Shown here: positions 55,360 to 64,000 of the stretch, piece by piece
Layout: each line of letters begins with the position of its first letter
Numbering within the stretch: position 1 is the first letter of the stretch
Notes under the pieces: model-generated
Seen by the model: the letters and a program-made list of their open reading frames with translations, nothing else
What the model was told of the DNA's origin: nothing
The model's database searches: none
Source of the DNA: Eledone cirrhosa
Taxonomy: Eukaryota
Direction of reading: 5' to 3'
Length of the DNA stretch: 64,000 nt
Assembly (NCBI GenBank): GCA_964016885.1
Contig: OZ024753.1
Location: forward strand, 30,814,001-30,878,000
Made by a program: the position numbers and the translations under genes

Positions 55360-55473
55360 GGAGAGAGAGAGTTAGGTACAAGTAGTAACACAACAGTTAG
55401 TTCACCATACCGGGTGAACTAACTGTTAGGTTACTACTTCTATATATATATAGAGAGAGAGTGAGTGAGTGAG

Positions 55474-55511
<38 letters not shown>

Positions 55512-56014
55512 CGAAGTGAGTCAGTATCAGTCAGTTACAGAAAGTATGTCGATACTTCATCAGTTTCCAACTATTCGAAGGGTTTCGTGTGGTGTCGGAA
55601 GGTGTTCATTTTAGGATAACCCCGAACAGCAGAACATAAGTATATCTGCGGGTATAACGCGAGAGGATTATATATATATATATATTTTTTTTTTTTTAGG
55701 GCTGTCGTATTTTCCGTGGTAAACATTTGCACCGAAGATATATGTCGTCAGTTCCAAAAAGTGTGGTTGGTCCTACACAAGCCTTCACCACTTAAAACAA
55801 AACTTTGTGGGTGTAGTTCAACATCAGTTCACTTTCTCACATTTAACTTTTGTTGGACACACATACGTCGGATATCGACGGGAGAGTCCATCATATATAT
55901 ATATATTGATTATGTAATCGCCCCCCCCCCCCCCATATATATATATATATATAAATGAAAAGTATAGAGATTATTGTAGCAAGAAGCCAACAGTATTCCA
56001 TAATATATATATAT

Positions 56015-56295
56015 AGTAATAATAATAAATGTGAAGACTAAAATCCAAAGAGGGCTCGATAAGGATAAATATATATCAAATATATAAGAACCCTAGAGCA
56101 AATATTTATTAAAATAACAGATTAAAGTTTAAGCAAAGAATCGCTGCTTTCACCCTTAACGGGATCTTCTGAAACCAAAAAGTCAATCTGTGAACGCAGA
56201 AGTAAATATTTCGAAAAAACGTTGCAACCGAAGGAAAACAGGAAGACGATACTTTGGTTCGTGAAGACGTTCCCTGGCAATGAACGGAAATTAAT
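56015..56295 (-). mobile_element. Family D, longer copy without fold-back
   Basis: Near-identical to 23885-24041 and extends about 120 nt upstream of the HHR motif. Confidence 0.8.
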
Positions 56296-57663
56296 ACATA
56301 CATACATACATACATACATACATACATACATACATGGTGGCTGCCAACTCGTTTTCGAGTACGGCCACTACTTTATATCCATGTAGGAGAACCCTTACCG
56401 ATGCGCTGAACGAGTGTGACTTTTTAGTCCAGCCAGCGACTTGAAAACTCTGGTACAAACACTACACTTGTGACAATTATTGACACATAGTGCTGGGCCC
56501 ATGGTACCATGTGACGACAAGTGCAGAGATATCTCCAGATATAAAGCAATGCCTGTGCCGTGAAGCTTTTATAGTGAGCAGAGGCACTGCACAAAGCCAG
56601 TCCCACTCTCTTAACCAAGATGATATTTATCAAAAAGAAGAACAAGTCAACATCATTGGATACCATCAGGGTTGCAGCTAAGGGGTCATCTCTCCCAAAC
56701 ATACATACACATATAGATACATAGAGAGAGAGGGTGAGAGATAAATAGATAGATAGAGATGTGGAACATTCCTACACAGATACAGTGGCGATAAAATGGT
56801 CACCAAACTTTGGCGGAAAGAGACAATTCGATAATATCAACCCTTCACTGATATTATATATTTTTATATTACTTATATTATTTTATATTATCCTATGTAT
56901 TCCTTATATATATATTTTTTGTCATATCTCAGTCATTATTTCCGCTTTGGTCCGCTGCAAATCACAGTAGGAGGCGCTTGATCGCCGCCCTTGTTGCTTA
57001 ACACACCCCGTAATATGATAAATATGATTACAAAGTTTTGTGTGTAATTCTTGGTGAAGAAGAGAAAAAAAATGTCCTACTTTGCTCTTAAAACTTTTTG
57101 ATATCCCACGCAGTGTGTGTGTGTGAGTGTGTGTGTGTGTGTGCGCGCGCGCGCATTGAAAGTTATGTCTGTTTTTATGCATCTATGCCTTTTATATTTG
57201 TATGTCTGTGTAGGAATGTATGTGTACATGTGTGTGTGTGTGTGCGTATGTATGTGTGTACGTGCGTATGTATCAATGTATGTATGTATGTATGTGCGTG
57301 TATGTGTGTAAGTATGTATATGTATGTGTAAAAAAGGAACATCTTTTCTTTGAGTCATGTTGTAACTGAAGACACCAATGTGTTCGTGCTAAATCCTTCT
57401 TTTTGCAATTTCCTTATTAGTCTTTTGTTTGACTTGAACAAAAACTTCCCTAAGAGTATTATAAAATGCACACACATACACACATGCACAGTTACACACA
57501 CACACACATCCCTCCATCCATCATACATACATAGATATTGTATATTTATGTTCATATATGGAACAAAAGCGCTACCTAAGGTTTCAGCGCCCAATAGTGA
57601 CCATATCTCCAGAATGTAAGAGGGATCAACATTGAGACCTAATTTTCAGGCGCTTATACGAGT

Positions 57664-57744
<81 letters not shown>

Positions 57745-57749
57745 ACTTT

Positions 57750-58105
57750 AGAAGGAGAATCAGGGTGGAGAGAGAGGCACTGCACCCCAGTAAATTTACT
57801 GAAAGGTGGGTGAATGAAGCGAAAATGGCCCGAGTGATTGGGCCTTCTCTGTTTATAAGCCTGTAGGTTGAGGAAGAGAGCAAAAGGAAGAAAGGAGCAC
57901 TTGCACAACACGCTCCTGGAGTTGAGGGTTGTTCTATCGACGGGGTATTAAACGACCCATTTGTGGCGCCTCCCCCTTATTGGGGATTTCGATTGTTGAA
58001 ATTGTTTGTTTGTTTTTATATTTTTTACACGACTGTATGTAAAATCCCCGGCATGTCTTTGTATTGTCCCCTTTTCTTGCTGCGCCCTTGTGGCTATAAA
58101 GAAAT
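57750..58105 (+). mobile_element. 3' end of a Tx1/L1-like LINE
   Basis: Homologous to 32258-32620; flanked by (TATC)n and (TCTG)n. Confidence 0.6.
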
Positions 58106-58253
58106 CTGTCTGTCTGTCTGTCTGTCTGTATGTATGGCGAGCTTTTTGAGGGTAAGAGACCACCTCACAAGCCAAGGCTACGATTCAAGGATTGTATAAA
58201 AGACTCATTGAAAAAAACTAGTTTGATGGTGGCTGACTGGGAGATGGAGGCTC

Positions 58254-58440
58254 TTGAAAGAGAAACTTGGTGGAATGGTGAATGATGGGGTTCATAATTT
58301 TGAGGACAGACGCATAGAGCACAAGATCAAATGGGATGTGCGTAAGCAATGCCCTGGTGTATCTCTCGAAATGATCAGTATCTCCATTGAATTGAAGTGT
58401 CCCGAGTGTGGAAAAATTTGCTTGAGCAAATCTGGTTGTA
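58254..58440 (+). pseudogene. RTE-type LINE C-terminal fragment
   Basis: GVHNFEDRRIE...RKQ...LKCPECGKICLSKSG, typical of the RTE C-terminal zinc finger; truncated at a TA/TG tract. Confidence 0.65.
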
Positions 58441-58688
58441 TGTATGTATATACAATGACTAGGTTGAAGAGGTGCGCGACTAAATATTTTGAAAGCATGA
58501 AAATAGTGAAAACTGAATAAAACAGTCTTTGTGTGATTTTTAAATATATAAAACGACTTTCCCAAGATGTACTTGCTTTAGTTTCAACACATGGTCTTTA
58601 TATCAAGTTAATAGCCTAACAAGTACAACACCGATAAGGAAAATAAAAGTTGTAATTATATTATTATCAGCTAGAACTAAATGCCATT

Positions 58689-58822
58689 GTGGATTGGCAG
58701 TATCGGTAGAGTTCAAATCCCGCCGAGGTTGACTGCCTTTAATCCTTACGGGGTCGATAAAATAAAGTACCAGTAATACACTGGGATAATTGCTGGCCTT
58801 GTGCCTAAAGTAGAAACAATTA
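58689..58822 (+). mobile_element. Dominant SINE copy, internally deleted between the A and B boxes
   Basis: TGGCAGTATCGGTAGAGTTCAAATCC junction. Confidence 0.85.
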
Positions 58823-59761
58823 TCTATGATTTGCAAACTGATAAAATGTGTTAGAAGTTGGATACTTGTTCAATTTAGATGTAGCAAATTACATTTAAGA
58901 GAAAGAAGGCATCGCGATACACGATGGGATTTAAAACATTTTTCGTCTTAGCTCGTTTCCCAATTTCATTTTCAGTACCTTCTCATATGTAAAAAACCCC
59001 AGAAAAGAATAGGAGCCGATAATCTGATCAGAGTAAGGAAACAATGCTTTCTTCATTAGTTTTTCCATTGCTAGTACTATCTTCCGGGAGTTGTGTCAAG
59101 CAGAAAGAGACAGCATTTGAACTGAGAATGTACAAAGTCAGATCAGATATTGCAAATTATTCCGTCTGACTCTAACAATTCCACCAATGTACCACCACTG
59201 AACTGGCACTTTATCGACAATGAGGGGACGAAAGGTTAAGTTGAACACGACAACAGAAGAGTGGAGTAAGCCGGAACAAATGCTAAAACATCTAATGTCT
59301 ATCTGGAGTCCAGAGGCTCATCATGTCGGTTCTTATCCCGGTTTTCGTGGTGTTAAGCGACTGTGAATACTTGACATGACGCCAGTCCATCGCAGTATAC
59401 TGGAACAACCTGAAATGAAGTGTTTTACTCAAGAACACAAAACACAACCTAGTCCAGGAACTCGACCTACAAGATTATGATCGTAAGTCCAAATCCTTTA
59501 CCAATAGGCCACGCGCCTCCTCTTCATGACCCCAGAACAAATACCGAGGCATTTAATCTGACGCCCTAAAGACGCTGTCAATTCGCCGCCAGTCAAATAC
59601 ATCGTACGTTAAGATATCTACAGTAGAAATAAAGTTTCATGCCTATTATTACTATTATCAGTATGTAGCACTTCGTTCAAGAAAATCATAAATCATATTT
59701 TACGAGGATAATGAAAAGGGTGATATATCGTGGGTTTCAAGTATATAAAAATCATTATTAA

Positions 59762-59984
59762 CCCTTTAGCATTTACATTACTCTATATATATACTATTGT
59801 ATTTTTGTAGCAAAGGCTTTATCTTACATAAGTATCTCACGTAATATCGAATCTATGAGATTTTGATATTATTTATTTTGAGAACAAAACTTTAACATCA
59901 GTATGAGTGGCTTGTTATGACCAGTTTGAACAGAAAAAGGTGAGAGAATTCTGGCCGGATATGGCCGGTTTAAATGCTAAAGAG
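59762..59984. mobile_element. piggyBac-like MITE, copy 3
   Basis: TTAA|CCCTTTAGCATTTA...TAAATGCTAAAGAG; interior shared with 196-403. Confidence 0.75.
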
Positions 59985-60000
59985 CTAAATTAGATTCAAA

Positions 60001-60218
60001 GGCAGTGGACGGGCAGTAGCGTAGAGTGTTGGAGAACATACTTTGCAGCATATAGTTACGGATCTTTACGTTCTGAGTTCAAATCCCACCGTGGTTAGTT
60101 TTAACTTTCATCCTTGCTGGGTTCAATAAAATAAATTACCAGTAACGAACTGGCGTTGATTTAACCGACTTTCTCCTCCTACAAAATTGGTGTCCTTGTA
60201 CCTAAACCAGAAACCATT
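60001..60218 (+). mobile_element. Dominant SINE copy, diverged
   Basis: B box GAGTTCAAATCC, core and tail. Confidence 0.75.
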
Positions 60219-60540
60219 ATGAGATTAGAAAGTGAACACTTGCGGAAATGACGTTTGAAAACACAGAAGATGGCAACATAATCTAAATCCAAGAACGTTA
60301 GCTCATAGTATTTCTCTTCTCTAAAGGGTATTAACATTTTTATGGAGAATAATTTTAATCTCTGCTCCACAGGAACGGATTTACATTGACTAAATAGATA
60401 ATAACGTTGCATGTAAACATATTTAGAAACACGTGCACAGGAAAGAATCAGGCATGCATTATATGCCTGACTACGTGTGATCAAACTACGTAATCATTTA
60501 GATATGAATTGAAATATATACGTAATTATATAGATTATAA

Positions 60541-60750
<210 letters not shown>

Positions 60751-61976
60751 TTTCATCTTGATTTAAAACTTCACTGCTCACAAGTGTTTTTTAAGCTTCA
60801 TATCATGTCTCCCTATTTTATCTGATCAGAACGCAGATACCATCCCATGATTATATTTGTTTTTGAAATGCGCATAATAAAATACTTGGAACTCTTTTAA
60901 CCATCTTTTGATCTTATATTATATATATATATATATATTTAATTAATTACAATAGTGACTTGTGCAGGTACTTAAGTTTCGTTGGGTTGTTTACCCCTAC
61001 TCATTCAGCCTGTCATAAAAAGCGAAATGGCTTCCAACCGCGGAAATTTTAGAAAGTATAGGAGAGTTCTAAGAACAGGTAATCCTGAAATTATCTCTAA
61101 GTTGACAAATACCTTAATGTAAATGAAATAGGAGGTAACTATAACAAACTCAAAACAGGCAACTTGTGTTTCACCGGGAGCCTAGGGGTTAAAGTGAAAA
61201 GTCGAAAAATATAAATATAGTTAATCTGGTCTAGACTATTTTTTCGAACAAATTTTAGTTTATGAGGACAGCGATTGAAGCAGTCGAGCCACGTATTTTA
61301 GCAGCGTTTTCCTGAAACCAGTTGTGAGAATATATTCCACTTTTCCGAACTACACAGCTAGCAAAATTTCGTCCCATTGACGAAGGGGGTGGATCTTTCC
61401 AGCATACTCCATTTAATTGAGAACGCTGTGCCGTTATCTTTGCGCTTCTACATATGGTTCGCAAGCTGAGTGGTATTTTTTTTGTCAGAATGTCTGAGGG
61501 TGTTTTCGTGGTTCAGGAAAGGCTTTTGAACCGGCTCTACATAAGTCCAGGCTTCAGTTTGATGCTTGTGGATGGAGAAGGTCATTTTTTTTCATATGTC
61601 ACCGCTGCAGATAAATATTTCAATGGCAATCATGGCAGAGTGATACTTCGATCACGCAACTAGTAATGGTACATCATCAGATATCATCTTATGCAATAAG
61701 ATTGTTTCCAATGCAATACAAGCTAAAAGACAACAATTCAGACACAGTCCCCTTCTTGAAATGATTCATTATATCAGTTTTTTTCGCACTATTTCTCCTC
61801 CCCTCTCTTATCCCTCTCTGTATCTCATCTTTTTTCTCCCTCTCACTTTCCTCCCTCTCTCCTGGTTTCAATTCTACTTTTTCCTTTTGTTTAGCGCCCA
61901 AAATACAAAAGGCAGCCGTATTGCGTTACCCCCGTGTTGTTTTTTACCCCCTCTCTCTCTCTCTTTATTTATATAC

Positions 61977-62132
61977 AGGAAAAGAGTCAGGACCCCGACG
62001 GCTGAGCTCCGGCCGTTTCGACAGCTAGATCTGGACGGGGTCCTGACTATTTTCCTATTACCCACTCTACTACCCTAAGTATTGAGTACTCTGGTGCGTT
62101 ATGGTCCACCTGGTTCCTTACCACACTTACTT

Positions 62133-62137
<5 letters not shown>
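61977..62137 (+). mobile_element. Fold-back insertion, family G; a further fragment at 62928-63035
   Basis: GGAAAAGAGTCAGGACCCCG...CGGGGTCCTGACTATTTTCC plus the family G tail ending at (TA)n. Confidence 0.8.
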
Positions 62138-62207
<70 letters not shown>

Positions 62208-62306
62208 CATGAGAAGAAAGAAGAATACTGCGTGGTTGCACATGGGTTACATATGATAAAATTAGTCCTTCGTCAGTGATTTGCCAACCATCATTGATAT
62301 TTCATC

Positions 62307-62339
<33 letters not shown>

Positions 62340-63115
62340 TATATATGTATGTATATATACGTGTATATATGTGCGTGTGTGTGTGTATATATAGCTAGAT
62401 AAGTATAGGGAGGTAAGACAGTGTAGGTAAGATGATACGACAGAAGAAAGAGAGCGGTTATGTAATAAATATGACGAAATGACATGAATCTATATTTAGA
62501 GACGCTGTCAGGCGTTGTCTACGTAAATCTCATAAGCTAGAAATAATGGTGCGTACGACAATCAACAGAGCGACAGACTGTATATCTTCTAGTTTCAAGT
62601 TACATCTTTTATTCTTTGGCTGGTTTACATTATTGGACAGCGTTCATGGTGTGTACAGGCCCACCTTCAAATAGTTTTTTTTTGTTTCAATCGATTATAT
62701 TGATCCCCTCCCCACTTGTAGATATTTCAATCGGGTATGTGTTTTATCGCATCTTATCGATCTCTATTTATCGAACCGCTAAAATTTACGTTTTTTTGAG
62801 ATAAAAATACCGGCAGAATACAGAATCGGTTGATCACACCCCCCCTCTCTCTCTCTCTCTCTCTCTCACATACACATGCTCACTAACATATGCACACACA
62901 CACATAGTGCTTCCTATAAATATATAGGAAGCCGTCGGGGTCATACCTTTTCCTATTACCCACTCTATTACTCTAAGTATTGAGTACTCTGGTGCGTTAT
63001 GGTCCATCTGGTTCCTTACCAGATGGACCATAATTCCTTCGTTATATATATTTATATATATTTATATTTATATATATATATAGTGCGTGAATGTGAGTGT
63101 GTGTGCGTTTATATA

Positions 63116-63151
<36 letters not shown>

Positions 63152-63879
63152 CGCCCCCATAATATATTAGAAGGTGTATAATGTATGTACATGTGTATGT
63201 GTGGGTGGGTGCGTACTTGAATGTGGGTGTATATACCAATGATATATCCAACGTCAGTATGTCACAGCAAGAGGGGAAGTTCAAAAGTATCATATAATGA
63301 ACAAAACATATCATTAAGACATTAAGACAATATAAAAAGACATTAGATGGTACAGTATTTAGTTTCGTCGTTTCACGCTGTCAGTTCAAATCCAATACGG
63401 GTCGGCTTTGTCTTTGTCTTTCATATTTTCGGGGGGTTATTAAAATAAAATAAGTATCATCAGTTAAATAGGAATTGGAGATCTTAATGTCTATATCGGA
63501 CCCCTTAACTTTTATAGTTTTGTGCGAAACCTATGATTTAATAATCATTTTTAAACCGTGCAAATATATATCTTGGCAATCTAACTCTTGCACGCCTCTT
63601 TAAAAACAAACGGGCCTTTTAGTTTCATATATATATATATTTTTTTTTCCCCTTTTTTTCCTATTCTTTGCATTATTCATTGATTTATTTACTGTAATTT
63701 TTGTTTATGTTTTTGCCATGATATCCTGTGTTGATCTCTGATTACGATTTTTTTTTTGTTTTATTTTGTCCCTGCTTTCAAGTAAATACTTTCCCCTCAT
63801 TGTTAATTCTTATGTTTATTTTTACGTTTATTTTAATTTTAATTTTTATTTGTTCTCCTTCCCTCTTTTTTCTAAATGT

Positions 63880-64000
63880 ATTTCCACACACTTTCGGAAC
63901 TCTCCTCCTAACCTATTTATCCCGAAGAAGGGCTTATGCCCGAAACGTCGTTCCCCACCCCCCACTCTCAAAAGCGTGAACCTAATAAACCTTTATTTGT
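63880..64000 (+). mobile_element. Penelope-like 3' end with minimal HHR motif (family A2), runs off the window
   Basis: CCGAAGA-A-GGGC-TTAT-GCCC-GAAACGTC at 63922-63949. Confidence 0.7.

Noticed and set aside
55535-55600. Minus-strand CTGATGA-AGTAT/ATACT hairpin
   Set aside because: Not followed by GAAA; the core is incomplete.

Overview
This is AT-rich, microsatellite-dense eukaryotic DNA. The SINE repertoire and (TA)n/(CA)n density suggest an octopus/cephalopod, which is an inference. I can support only one protein-coding gene: a divergent actin-related protein on the + strand (exons 2932-3112 and 5961-6995; start exon not located). Nearly all other long ORFs are translations of simple repeats. 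The rest is tRNA-derived SINEs (about 30 copies of one family), MITEs, LINE fragments (RTE, Tx1/L1-like, CRE-like) and tandem repeats. The most striking signal is a dense set of short ORF-less elements from at least 10 distinct sequence families inserted at (TA)n tracts. Most are fold-back inverted repeats with an unpaired tail on one arm, and most families carry a hammerhead ribozyme (HHR) motif, often with a palindromic stem III. This matches the pseudo-LTR architecture of Penelope-like elements (PLEs) and retrozymes. In five families the fold-back point lies inside the ribozyme. All folds were read by eye, not computed.
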